From Eledone cirrhosa (Eukaryota): a DNA stretch of 64,000 bases. The stretch covers positions 86,428,001 to 86,492,000 of the forward strand of contig OZ024741.1 in the NCBI GenBank assembly GCA_964016885.1, in the 5' to 3' direction. Under the pieces are notes generated by a model that saw only the letters and a program-made list of their open reading frames with translations, was not told the origin of the DNA and did not search any database. Both the position numbers and the translations under genes were made by a program. Numbering within the stretch: position 1 is the stretch's first letter; the number at the start of each line of letters is the position of its first letter. Positions 12,422-26,179 of the stretch are shown here, piece after piece.

Positions 12422-13205
12422 TTAAATTGGGGATTAAATTAAATTAAGTGGATATACTTAAAATAGATAACCTTATAGCTTAACAAGAATATAAAGTAGT
12501 CATTATAAAGTTAAAGTTTAACTGAACTATAAGGTGTGGAAGCCCTTCTCCATTGCTTGGTCTATGCTCAAACTATAGCCCAATGAGGTCAACTCACACG
12601 TCCAAAGCCTCAGCCGAGGAGATTAATGCACTTGATGAGTGAAGTGTCAGAGTGGAATCATTCGATATGAAGAGAATGTCCAGGGTGGGGTGTGGATTGT
12701 TGGAATGTTCTCCAGAGTTTGCCACAGAGAGCAGTCAAACCGATCAACATCACTGGGTCAACGCGTCTAACCAATAAGAAGCTATTAGTGAGTAATGTAA
12801 ACAATTAAATAGGGTGACCGTTAATAGTATAGGCTGACCCCAAATATCTTCAAGTAAATATAAGAATAAGAAATATAAAGATAAATTAAATTAAAGTATG
12901 GTTAGAAATGTACAATATAATGGTTTCTTATATAGGCACAAGGCCAGCAATTTTCGACTACAGTGTGTGACTGGTACTTTATTTTATCGACCCCGTAAGG
13001 ATGAAAGGCAAAGTTAACCTCGGCGGGATTTGAATTCAGATCATAAAGGGCCGTAACTCTATGTAGCAAAGCACAGCGTCCGACCCTCTACTGATACTGT
13101 CAATCCACTGCCCTCTGAAATGTACACTATAATAAATGAAAAAACATGGTACAAAATGTAAAAATATACGAGGTAAAAAAATACAAAGCAAACAGTGCTA
13201 GGGGT

Positions 13206-13609
13206 CATACAAGGGCTGGCTGGTATAGAACCAACAAAACATACTGCTAGTCCCTCATACAGGGGCCAGCTGGCATAGAACCAACAAAACATACTGCCAG
13301 TCCCTCATACAGGGGCCAGCTGGCATAGAACCAACAAAACATACTGCCAGTCCCTCATACAGGGGCCAGCTGGCATAGAACCAACAAAACATACTGCCAG
13401 TCCCTCATACAGGGGCCAGCTGGCATAGAACCAACAAAACATACTGCCAGTCCCTCATACAGGGGCCAGCTGGCATAGAACCAACAAAACATACTGCCAG
13501 TCCCTCATACAGGGGCCAGCTGGCATAGAACCAACAAAACATACTGCCAGTCCCTCATACAGGGGCCAGCTGGCATAGAACCAACAAAACATACTGCCAG
13601 TCCCTCATA
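13206..13609. repeat. 50-bp minisatellite, 8 copies
   Basis: Unit catacaggggccagctggcatagaaccaacaaaacatactgccagtccct; copies 2-8 are identical and copy 1 is diverged. Confidence 0.97.
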
Positions 13610-14289
13610 TCATAAAAATAATTTTTTGGATTTTTAAAATATTTTTATACCATCTGACGAGCTCAGGGTGATGGAATGGGTAGGAAGAAAACTACCTAGA
13701 CATCATCCTCAGCAAAATATATATCATGGAGATGAAAATAAGCCTGAATAAAACTGTATATTGCCTTCAATGCATTTAATACTTTATGATGCTCCAGCTT
13801 GTACCATTTATACATTTCATTGAGTGTTTAATTTTATCTGTATCACAGCCAACCAACTAAATGTGGTTTGCACATCCCTGGTCAGTTAGCTTCATATTAA
13901 AATAATATATATATTCGTAAAATTGGAGTATTCTCAGCGCGAAAGGTAGCCATAACAGCTGGATACTATTTGCATAGTAAACATTTTTGTGGGTTTAAGG
14001 TATAACCAAAAATTTTTACTATGCAAATAGTATCCAGCTGTCACATCTACCTTTTGCACTGAGAATATTCCAATTTTATGAATATATATAAATACACTCA
14101 TTGCTTCAAACCTTTTCAATTAATGTAATGTATATATATATATATATAAATGTATGTAATAATATACTGTATGTTTATTTTAAAACATTTTGAAGGCCTT
14201 TCGCTATGAATTTAAGGTAGCAACTATAGTCACATACCTAGCTTCAGCAAAAACAAAGGGAAATAACCGACGATCATTCCGCATACCTG

Positions 14290-14560
14290 GTCCTGACTTC
14301 CTTATCCACTTTCTGGGTTGCAGTTAACTAGATGGTGATCATTTGTCAGCTCAGCTCCTCTCTTAACACAAACATCCAGAAAATAATTGAAGAGATCAGA
14401 GACAACAAAATCAATTATTGATCTACAGTACCAGAGCTATGGAACTTTGGTGAGGAAACCTAGCTAGTAGCATCTAGCCTCTTCCACTAGTTCCTACTCT
14501 TCATATGTAAGGATTGTGATGTTCCAGGTTCCAATTGTCAAGGTTTGCTCCCTTCTAAAC
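14290..14560 (-). mobile_element. RTE (Rex3/Expander-like) APE endonuclease relic with internal deletion
   Basis: LTIGTWNI (endonuclease start) lies close to RSIIDFVVSD..LDVCVKRGAELTNDHHLV (endonuclease end). Confidence 0.7.
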
Positions 14561-16687
14561 CCTCTTTGGGATCTCGGCATACACAATCTTTGTGCATCCA
14601 TCCCACACCTAGAACAAGTCATTGCCAGTTTTTGCGGTATGAAACGGAGACTGCAATGTATTTATGAACAGGCCCCTCTACCTAAGACCTGAATGCGTCC
14701 ATTGTTAACCCGCACAAAGGACGATGCGATATGGTTCTTTTTCATACCTGTCCCCATATTGCAGTTTTGGTGGTCTTCGTCGTGCTTGTCACCAATCTGG
14801 TACTTTCTCAAACCCGTGAAGTTATATACATATATATACATTCTGCATGCAAATATACATATAGTAAAGTCTTAAATGAGATTGTCCTTGCAATTAAAAA
14901 TCAAAAACTCCATCTAGAGGTACTGAAAATTTGGAAGCACATGCAAGGAAGCTAACTCCAATATTATCAGACAGAACATGGATAACAAAAGGAAGAAACA
15001 AGCAAGTCAAATGGTTCCAGGTGGAGGAAGCACAAGACAAGTTACTTCAGAAGAGAAGCCACAGTAGTAGTAGTAGAAAAGAAAGGCAGGGATAACATAT
15101 TTGTGGACAAAGGGATGAAATATGTTTGATGGTGACTCCATGCCAATCAGATGTCTGTGGGTCAGAGGATGAAATATGTTGGTAGTGACTCTGTGCCAAT
15201 CAGTTGACCTACAGGATGTTTAAACTGAACATCAACAACAACCTCATATAAAAGTCCCAGATATGTTAGTAGTAGTCTACTGTTATCTCGAACTTTGATG
15301 AAACCTGTTTTAGGGATGTTATACGAGATTGTCATCAATCTCCCAAATTTGAGAGACTTGCAAACTTCCTGGACACTTCTCCTTTTCTGTCCTATCCTTG
15401 CTAGCAGGGAAAACACACATTAAATGCTGCTGCTATATATATATATACGAGGATCATCATCATCATCGTTGTTTTAACGTCTGCTTTCCCTGCTAGCAAG
15501 GTGTGCAGCAGAGAAGACTGTGTTGGTATGGACATGTGATGCGCATGCATGATAAATGATGGGTAAAATAGTGCCAGGAAATTCCAGTAGAAGGAAGCCG
15601 CAGTAGAGGTAGACCGAGAAAAACCTGGGAGAAGTGGTGAGAGCTGATCTCAAATGGCTGTGATTCACAGAGGAGATGACGAAGAAACATGACGAGTAGA
15701 GAGATGCTGTGTTGAGGACACATCCAACCCATCCAAGTGTGGAAAGATGGACATAAAAACGATGATGATTATATATATGCCAAACGACTTCACTACTGGA
15801 TAGACGTGCATGGCCATTGGTATATCACAATGATTGCATAACTGCACCAATGATAGCGTAAACATCTGAAAAGTCACATAAATAACCATGTAACAGAAAT
15901 ATATATAATGCAATAAACAATTATGGTGATTTAATCCCGTCTTAACTACTATTATTTGATATATATATATATATACAAATCTATTACACAAAGAGAAGTG
16001 TTACACAGTGAGATGTGTGTAAAGAATTATTACAAGTGAGTTTTACCGTTACTGTATAGAGAGCAATTAAATAGAAAAAAACTAAGTTAGAATCAAATCT
16101 CTGAAGTAGAGTTTTAAATTACCAACCTTATTATACACATTAAATGCTGATGATGATATTGATGTATTATGAAATAAAAAATGCTAAAATATGTATTTCA
16201 TTCATAGTATGTGTGCCTTTTAAATTATGAAACACCACACACATACAAGTAGGAAGATTAATGAGAAAATTTCTTAGCATTTGACATGTTTGGGATTTTA
16301 AATTATAACCCTTTTGATACCAAACTGCCTGAAACTCTCCCTTATTTTATGATACAAAACTTTGTTTAAAAGGTTTTTATATTTTTGTAAAAATCGTTCA
16401 TCATAATTTTATGTAAAAAAATTTGTTAAGCTATGTTCCAATCACTACCTTAATGAGAAAGTTATTTATAGTAAACACTAAACCCCTTCAAATTCTTTAT
16501 TTTGAATATTATTTGAAAATAATGATTTCTAATTTAGGCACAGGAAAATTGATTATATGACTGGCACTTAATTTTATTGACCCTAGGAGGAGGAAAGACA
16601 TAAAGAGCCAGAACAAATACTGCTCAGGATTATCCAATTTTCTAACAACTCTGTTTTTCATTGGAACTATGGTAACAAAAGAGTTAA

Positions 16688-16900
16688 CCCTTTAGCATTT
16701 AAAGTGGGCATATCCGGCCAGAATTCTCTCACCTCTTTCTGTTCAAACCAGCGGTAACCAGTCACTCAAACATGTTGTTAAGGTATTATTCTCAAAATAA
16801 ATAATATTAAAATCTCATAGATTCAATATTATGTGAGGTAAAGCCTTTTTTACCATGAACATGTAATAGTAAATATACAGTAATGTAAATGCTAAAAGGG
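16688..16900. mobile_element. piggyBac-type MITE
   Basis: TTAA-flanked CCCTTTAGCATTT TIRs; homologous to 12202-12421. Confidence 0.85.
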
Positions 16901-19900
16901 TTAATTCAGTGACTTGGTAATTCAAATTCTTAAAAAAATTATCACATCTCAAAATCTCTATTTTGTCATATTTCAATTAAGAATAACCTATAGAGCAGCT
17001 TTTCGTTCATTTATATAAAGAAAAAATTCCACGTATAGTATCTTTGACAAATCTAAAATTCATATTTTCCTGTATTTCTTCTTTAAAAGGATCCCCAAAT
17101 CCTTCTTTCTCTGGTCTACATTTTTCCATGTAGTAATATAAGTTGTGACCAAGTGGCAGAGTTGTTAGAATGTCAGATAGAATGCTTTCCAGTATTTATG
17201 CCAGCTCTTTGCACTCAAATTCTGCCAAAGTCAACTTTGCATTTCATCCTTTTGAGATCAATAAAAAAAGTACCAATTAAATATTGAGGTTGATTCTTCC
17301 TCTCTATCATTCTCTCTTGAAGCTCACTCTCCTCGTTAGGAACATATTATCAAACAGAATATTTGTTGTGGACTTCAGTGGAATGACCTACCCTAAGGTA
17401 GCATGCTTGCCCCCCCCCCCCCCCTTTCAATATCTACACAAATGATCAGCCCATCCACCCAACTACAAGGATGATCTCTGCATTACATCCCAGAAGCAAT
17501 CTTTAGAGGAAGTTGAGACCTCACTCACCAGTGCTCTGGGTGGCCTTATCCAATACTATGTCGTCCACCTTTGAGTTAACCCTGACAAGACCCAAATCAG
17601 TGCCTTCCACCTATATAAGAATTTTTGTTAAGTTATGTTCCAAACACCAGTATCATCATCATCATTGTTTAACATCCATTTTCCACGTTAGCATGGGTTA
17701 GATGGGTTGTGGAAAGTCAGGTCAGGTGGCTGTCTTGCTTATACAGAATTGTTTCTGGCTTTTTCTATGGCTGGATGCCCTTCCTAATGCCAACCACATT
17801 TATAGTGTGGGCTGGGTGCTTTTTATTGTAAACACTGACGATCACTTTACAGCATGGGCTGGGTGCTTTGTGTTGTGACACCTACATGACCACTTTATAG
17901 TGTGGACAGGGTGCATTTTATTGTGACATTGTAACAGCCACTTTACAGTGTGGACTGGGCACTTTTTGTGACACCAAAACCACCTTACACCACTGGGGTG
18001 CGCGAAGTGTTAGGGTGTGAAAGGGGAGAGGATAGAGGTTAGGTAGTGCATATTAGATGTATTCAACATGTGCACATGGGAAGGCATCTTTTGTATTACT
18101 GCATAACGCCAAAGATCTTGATCTTGTCATCGCCTTTGAGAGATGCAATTGTGCAAGGCCAGCTTTTATCACCTCATCCCAAAGTTATCTATATAACTAA
18201 ACCCCTTCAAATTCTTAGTTATTTTCAAAATTAATAGAAAATCATGGGTAGTGTCTTTCATTTGAAATATAGTAATAAAAAGGTTAATAAGGACTTAATT
18301 ATCTTAATAAATATATATATAACTAAAAAGAGAGAAGAAACAAAAATATGTAGACCTAAGAATTTTAAATAAGGAACATTATAAGAAAATCAGCATCCAC
18401 CTAAAGGCGATCTTTTAATATTGCACTTTCTCACTCAAACTTTAGTTTTGTTTGGCGGTGTGGAAGATATTTTTTGAAATGATGCTGCATAGCAGCCAGC
18501 CTGATTATCATTGTATATATTTTGGCCCAACCATAATTCACTGTCCCTTCCACACCCACCTTATTTCCTCAAACGTTTCTTAATTCTTTCAGTTAATTTT
18601 TGCAGAGATACATTTTCGAAGGTGTAAATTACGATTATGCCGACGAATTTTTTTTAAATAATTTAATTTAAAAAAATACTTTCAACCTGTATTTGTAGTA
18701 AGCTAAACTTAAACTCGTAAATTTGTTCACTATGCTTTCCAATATCGGGATAACGTCATAGATCTTATACTGGAACGTAATGTCGTTTCTACAACTATAA
18801 AATTAAAAAGAAAAAGAATTTCCTCAAGATAATCGTAATCTACATATTTGAAAACATACCTTTGTGGGTTGGCAAAATTCGATGAATGCCAGACAAATGC
18901 ATAGCCGTATTTTGTTATAGCTCAGCTCTTTAAGTTCTGAGTTCAAATCTCGCTGAGGTCTCAACTTTGCCTTTCATCCTTCTGGGGTCGTTAAAATAAA
19001 GTACAAGCCAAATTCTGGATAACGATATAATCGGTTTCCCCTCTCTGTGCCCAAATGAAAAATTATTATTAAAGTTATGTGGAAACAAAGTCGGGTTATG
19101 TCAATATTTTAAGGTTTTGTTGTCGTTTAAGATGAGAAGATATAATTGTATTAGATTGTTTAGAAGTTTATTGTTTAGGATGAATATAAATTTGGGCAAC
19201 ACTGCAGTATAAAGTTGTTTTTACTTGACCTGGGTACTTTCCAGTACAGCTTTCAGTTTATCTAGGATCACACAATAGTTTTCACTCGTTTTTGCAACAG
19301 TAAATAGTTCGGAAATTTATCCGATTCTGAAGTTCGACTGTGAGCAGGGCAATTGACCCAATCCTCGTGTCTTTTGTGAAGAAACGTCCTATATTTCACA
19401 CAAAAATTTAAAATAATAAAATAATGAACAAAATAGACAGCGACGATTGTCGAATGAAGAAAAAAAGGGAGGAGGGATAGAAGACCCGCACATTCTATGA
19501 AACACCACAAGAGTGCTTGGAGCCCCCTCTAATAATTTTTGAGAGACAAACCAACATACTAACACGTTGTTTGCCAGAAAAACAACGTTTCCAGGAAATA
19601 AAACGGTATGTCAGTATGCAGGGGTGTTTTATACATTGAGTAGTCTGAAGTTTAGGGGCCCATCGATTTATTTTGCTGTAATGGGGTGGAAGTTTGAACT
19701 GCCAGAAAACACAAGGCCCCGGCCATGAGTCAATATAACCCTGTGAGTATGGCAATCAAATAGTAAATTAACGATAATCAAAGGAAAGCTACAATTCACA
19801 CGAATCTAAATAAGAAAAAAAAAAAGACAAAAACTAATTTTAATTAAGTTAATAGAGCTCTTGTGTGGTTGCTCGACATGCTTAGAAACCGCAGCCGCTC

Positions 19901-21564
19901 ATTGTAAACATCACAGATACACAATCTAAATTGTACAAAAACATAGCGTAAAAAACAATGAAAGATTAAAAAAAAAAATTGCGAAAGCATAAGTGGCACC
20001 TTATACTCAAAGATTGTATTTTATTAAAACTTTTTAAATTTTGCAATTAGTAAATAAATAGTGAGAAATATATCAAAATTATATTTTCTATTACAAATTA
20101 AATATTTTAATATATTCATTATACGTTTTTCACCGGGGGTGTTAGAAAAATTTCCAAGAAATTCAGTGTGATGGATTTCAGCGTGACATAAAGAACTTGA
20201 TGTGAAATATTGAGAACATACATACTTCAATGAAGAATTACAAGCAGTGTTAGCAAAATATCAACAGGATAACAAACGAGAAACACAAAAGTAAACGCTC
20301 CAACAAACAGAATATTAACACAAAATGAAATCTTGTTAGAGAAAATTCAACAGCTCACTCTTAAGTTGCACTTATTAATTTAGAAAATCATTGGAAGAAA
20401 ATCCGAATTACTTTAATACGAAGCGATTAATCACAGGCAAGGTGAAATAGCGATTTACCTGCCATTTCGCTCTATCTTCTGTCGAAACGAAAGACTTATA
20501 TCACTTTTAAATTTGCACCTATTTCCTTTTGCCTTATTTAGGATTCAACAGTTTTCATTTGTAACTCTATCCCTAACAATCTTAAGTAGTATACATAAAA
20601 ACAGATATTTATAGCAATTATATTTATAAATACGTTTTCGTACAGAAAAGTCTGGCTTATATGCCACCACAAAACTATTGCAATTCATATCTACATTAAT
20701 ATATACCATGAGGCAGGGAGTGGTATCCCAACAGCCCGAGGCAGCATGCTAGTGTACAAAAGATGCAAACAGATGCACCGCGAAAACAATTTTATACCTT
20801 TACGAAGAAATTGGACAAGTTGATAAATGCAAATAAATTTCAAATTTTCAATAAGTTTTATATTTTAAAAATATTAGAAATACAAACTTGATATATATGC
20901 TTAATTTATTAAATAAAGAAGTATTGAATAATTTTCTTCAGCTAAATTATTTTATATTTATAGGCTAAATATAAATACTTTTTAAAAGATTTCCAGACGT
21001 TATGCACAAAATGCACCGCGACACTGCGAGTGGAAAAAAGGGGGTGAATGTTCAGAATCAGCAAAGCATTTGACAAACAGGGACTTTTGATTTTTTTTTT
21101 TATTATTCTTTTTTCGAAAAATTTCTTCCAATTCCAATTTTTTTTTTTTTATTTATTTATTTATTTATTCATTTTTTAGATTACGATTCTTCGAAAATTT
21201 ATTTCAACCCCACTTCATCCCCGTAATTTTTAAAAACTAAATAATTAAAGTAATGTGTAGTTAATAAAGCAGGACTGTTAATTAGCCTGGAAGAAAATGC
21301 TAATAAGTACAAGAAATACTTGCAGAAATGCTCGGCAAAATTTAGCATAAATTACAATAGGTGGTTTAAACTAATTTTGAGCAAATCTGTTATCACTGTA
21401 TTCGCATGCTGGGCACTTTGCCCACCACCATCATCGTTTAACGTCCATCTTCCACGTTAGCATGGGTTAAACGGGATTGTCCCACTTGAGGTAAGATTGG
21501 TCTTGTTCGTATAGAACTGTATCTGGCAGGTATTCTACGGCTGGATGCCGCTCCTAACCACACC

Positions 21565-22030
21565 ATGCTAAATTTGATTATCAAGTGGGCCTTAGCTCGG
21601 GTAAATATCTCCTCAGTTCTGGAGCCAGCTGGATTATCCAGAATTGATGGGAAGAGACCAAATGGTCTTACCCTTTGCTCCAGGGTACGAGGCAGATATC
21701 TCATCTGTGATGCCATAGTCAGTGACTCTTTTGTTCCCTCCCACATCATGGATGCCGCGGTAAATGTGAGGGTCACTGCTTCTGTTGCTAAATGGAATAA
21801 CATCCCAAAATACCAGGAACTATCAAATAAATATTTTTTCCAGCCTGTGGCGTTCGAGATGTTTAGTTAAGCTGGGCCACTGACAACGAAGTTCTTGTCA
21901 TCGTTAGCTGCTGGTATTACTGACGTGTCAATTGATGCCAGTGAGGGTGCCTCTGGTTGTTTCAGCACTTTAGCCTTGTCACTATCCACAGTAATGCTGC
22001 GGGCATGTTGGCTTGCCTCAAAAATTTCAA
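21565..22030 (+). mobile_element. CRE-like non-LTR retrotransposon 3' fragment (restriction-like endonuclease)
   Basis: LEPAGLSRIDGKRPNGLTL..GRYLICD..KYQELSNKYFFQPVAFE matches the EP.GL.R.DGKRPDG..KY..F.P.A.E pattern; a related piece lies on the minus strand at about 22400-22550. Confidence 0.75.
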
Positions 22031-25000
22031 ATGACCCGTGTGTTGTGTGGCGGATTGATGCACTTGGTGGTGAATTGATGTTTTTTTTTCTCTCGCTTTG
22101 GTCATATATTTTTGTGCATTCTATTTATAAGGTTCCTAGCAATAATTAATTGTATTTATTATGTGTTTATATTTTCATTCACAGTTGTATAAATAACGTT
22201 ACAAATAGGAGTGAAAATATAAACACATGATATATACAAAGCATATAAATAAATTCACAGTAGAATAACAACAAATATATTTTAAATATATACATAAATG
22301 ACATTATAAATTGCTCGCGATTCTTTTAGAAGGATATATTCCTTTAATGTTGCAATATTAAAGAAAATATAAAGGAAGGGGGTGGACAACCGAGCCACCA
22401 CCATAGCAGAAGACAGCAACGTCGCGGAGTACTGAGCAACCTCTCTAGTGATTTTTTTAGGCCAGCCAGCATGCTCGCAGCGTTGCCTTGGGTGATGGCC
22501 AGGGTGAAAGCCACAGGCTGGAAAATGTGGTTGGCCGACAGATCACATGAAGTATTCATTAAGTATTGTATATATTATTTGTGTCTATATTTTTATTCTC
22601 TAAGCATTATATTATTATATTCATCATCATCACCTAATGTCCATTTTCCATGGATAAAAAAAGTAATAATTGTTTCTACGTTAGGCACAAGGCCAGCAAA
22701 TTATCCAGTGCATTACTGGTACTTTATTTTATCGACCCCGTAAGGATGAAAGGCAAAGTTAACCTTGGCGGGATTTGAACTCAGAATGGCAAGAAAAAAG
22801 TAATAATGATGATATATTTTTTAGGTGATAATAAAATGTGCTGTATTTATCACTTCTCGAGAATAAATTCTAATAAATACAGACTTTCATTCTATTTTTT
22901 CCTAGATTTTTTTCAACAACAGTGATTTCGCATTGTGAATGAAATTTTTAAGTTATCAGTTTTAGAATTAAACTATACATTCTGTCAAATAAAGCTGCAT
23001 TTATTTTCCACATAGGTAAGTTGAATCAAACAACTTACCCACCAAACCATTATTTTTTCACCAATAACAATTGTATTTCTGAAAATTAGACAAATATATG
23101 GAGCAGAATTATAAAGAATTTAAGTTAGACATCTACATAAAGATACAGAATATATTTTATTTGTCAAAATAATTTAATTCCCCACAATAATAATAAAAAA
23201 TAAATACAATGTTATGTTTTTATAAAAAATATTATATACCTAAAAAAAACAAAAAAAAATAATTTTTAGTTTTGTTGTCCAAAAATAAAATGACAAAATC
23301 TTAAAAAAAGTGCTCTAGTTTGCTTGGAGCATTGTGAAAGTGTAAAAAACAATATTTTAGAAGGCTACAGCAATGCAAATAAAACATTAAATATTATCCC
23401 TTTTTATACCGCAGTTCTGGAGTAAAAAGTCATTTGTGTTTATATTTATCCAAAAACCTTTCACAATAGTTTTATGTAGAGCGCTTTGTTAAATTATGTC
23501 CCAAATACCAACTTGATAATGATTTGTACTTTATGCACAAGGCACGTAATTTGGTTGGATGAGGAAAGTTGATTAAATCAACCTCAGTACTTGAGGTTTG
23601 TCTTTCATCCTTCTGAAGTCGATAAAATAAAGTTGATCTTGGCAGGATTTGAACATAAACATCCATAACCAAATACTTCGAAGCATTTTGTTCGGTGCTC
23701 TAACAATTCTACTAATCCACTGCCCTGCTAAAATACCAAATTCATAATTAGAAAGTTAATTATATAACTAAATCCTTCAAAATTCTTGATTATTTTCAAA
23801 ATGATTTGAAAATTGTAGGCAGTGTTTTGTATTAGATATATGATAAGGAAAAGGTTAAATATAGCAATAACAAAGTTGGAAATATTTAATTTATCCTTGA
23901 TATATTTTGGGAGAAAATGCCCCTTGTCAAAAGGAAACGTGTAAGAAACTGTTAGAACTGAAAAATCTTGTTTGTTTCTATGGTGGCATGTTTAACTGAA
24001 TGTTTCCTTTTGACAAGGTGAATATTCTCTTGAAATATATCAAGGACTTATTATCATATCATCATCGATTTACATCTGCTTTTCCCTGCTTTCAGTATAT
24101 ACTTGAATATAATCACCCCACCCCCACCCCATTTTATGTCTGAGAAATGGGCAAAAATCAAAACCCCTTTCATATGCTGAAGCAGCTATTCAACACATTT
24201 AGAGAGTGGTTTTAAAATTATCATGAATATAAAATGTATTTATGAAGTTTTAATATTTTGATGTTTAAAATGTTTTAAGTTTAAGTATAGTTTTTGTTTC
24301 ACAACATCATTACATAATGAGTTTCCATTATGCTAAGTTTCAATAAAGTACCAGTAATACACTGGGTAATTTGCTGGCCTTGTGCCTAAAGTAGAAACAA
24401 TTATGTTAAGTTTCAATAAATTTTTCGAATTTTTGTTTACTCACAAGCTAGGAGTTGTTGAAAGCAAAAGATCGAATAAGAGAACTTTGTATAGGGATTC
24501 ATAGAGAAGAGGAAGGGAGAGACAGCGAGTGAGAGCAAGAGGAGGCAGAGCGAAAAAAAGGGAGAGAGAGCAATAAAATCAAATCAAAAGTAAGATTGCA
24601 AGATAAAATATTATCAAAGAAAAACAAGTATATGATATATGTATGGAAAATTCATATATTAAAAAGTTCGAATATTTTAAAGGGAATGCATAAATAACAC
24701 GAACAATGATGTAGTAAATGTAGAAAAACACTGTTTTATTGTAAAATAATCACTCCAGATATTTTAGCACCTTATTTATAGAATTTGAAGTTGTTGAAAA
24801 TCATCAAAATATGATGACCTTGAGATAATCAGGAATTGATTACATGGATATGAAAATCAAGCTATAACCTTGATTTGTTGAGACAGACAAGATATAATAT
24901 ATTATAGCTATTAACTGTTTTGATACCAACTCATCTAAAACCAGCTCTAGTTCTATGAAACAAAATCCTTCATTTTAAAAACCTATTTTAAATTAAAATC

Positions 25001-25940
25001 TTCCAACATAATTTTATATAGGAACTATATGTTAAGTTACAGTTTTAATAAAGAAATAATTAATAATTTTAGTAAATCCCTCAAAACTGACTCTGGTTTT
25101 AAAGAGTTACTATTTAAATAAAATTTTTCTAAAATGATTTTATATAAGAATCATATGTTAAGTTACTATCTTAGTAATGAAATTATTAATAATTTTCATA
25201 AATCCATCAAAATATTTTCATTAATTAATTGAAATAGAATGTATTACATTAGAAATATGGTCACAAAAGGGTTAATGCAATAATTTAATGAAGTAGGATA
25301 AAAAACTTTTAATTGTGAAAAGTACAGAACACAAAGAAATGTGTATGTATAAATGACAGGGAGAATGAGAAAAAAAGAAAGAGAGAGGGGGAAGGGGTTG
25401 TAATTTACTGAAGATTGATCCTCATAAAGATTAAACATTTTCATATCCATTGGTTCATGTAATTAAAGAGGTAGAAGCATGAATAAAAAAAATAAATAGA
25501 AAGCACCAATATTATATGATAAAGAATTTAATAAATAAGTAGCATTTTTGATCCGAAAATTGCTTCCCACATTTGTAGCATTTAATAAATAAATATTATT
25601 AATATATCTCATAATTTTCTTGAATGTTAGCATAATCATTGTAGAGTGTAAGAAGTATCACATGTTAAATCTGAACTCTACAAGGGCATACTCAGTTTAA
25701 CACTCCATCAGGTGCTTGGGTGTCTTTTGCAAGCAGGCCAGGTTTCTTGATTGAGGATAACTCCACGGATTAGAGGAAAAAGGATACTACCCGTGACCTT
25801 TTCACAGTAAACCCTGTAAATAAAATATCATGAATGCACTAACCCACCTCTGAGATATTAAAAAATACAATTATTTTAGTTTCTCTCTTTTTTTTTTTTT
25901 TTTAAATAAAATCAATTTGAAAACATTGTTTTTTACCACT

Positions 25941-26072
25941 TCAGGTGAGATAGTGTTCAAAAACCCACTTCTGGCTATCTGAATTAGAACAATTATTTGT
26001 ATGAACACTTTGCCCATTCTTGGAACTTTGAAGACACGCTCCGGTCATTACATGAACCAATGTTCCATTATT
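25941..26072 (-). CDS. GALNT: GALNT last coding exon (lectin gamma repeat and stop)
   Basis: tttcAG acceptor; NNGTLVHVMTGACLQSSKNGQSVHTNNCSNSDSQKWVFEHYLT then TGA at 25943-25941; QxW motif present. Confidence 0.93.
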   Translation of the reverse strand, partial: NNGTLVHVMTGACLQSSKNGQSVHTNNCSNSDSQKWVFEHYLT

Positions 26073-26179
26073 CTGAAATATAAAAAAAAAAATAAAGATA
26101 TATATTTTACTTGATAAAAAAAGAATTGTTAATATATCATATTTCATGACATTTCTTAGAAATGGCTTATTAAACATAC

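Larger units (their letters stand above)
11628..13783. mobile_element. Non-autonomous inverted-repeat element, probably Penelope pLTR-derived, with hammerhead motifs
   Basis: 11628-11913 is the diverged reverse complement of 13197-13250 plus 13610-13783; each arm has a CTGAYGA..(G)AAA..TC core. Confidence 0.7.

Noticed and set aside
13206-13609. Regular repeat arrays (also 50310-51165) as CRISPR
   Set aside because: Head-to-tail identical units with no unique spacers, no cas genes, and a eukaryotic context.
19268-19510. 80-aa ORF as a protein-coding gene
   Set aside because: No recognisable domain and a non-ATG start; kept only as part of a possible 5' UTR/promoter region.
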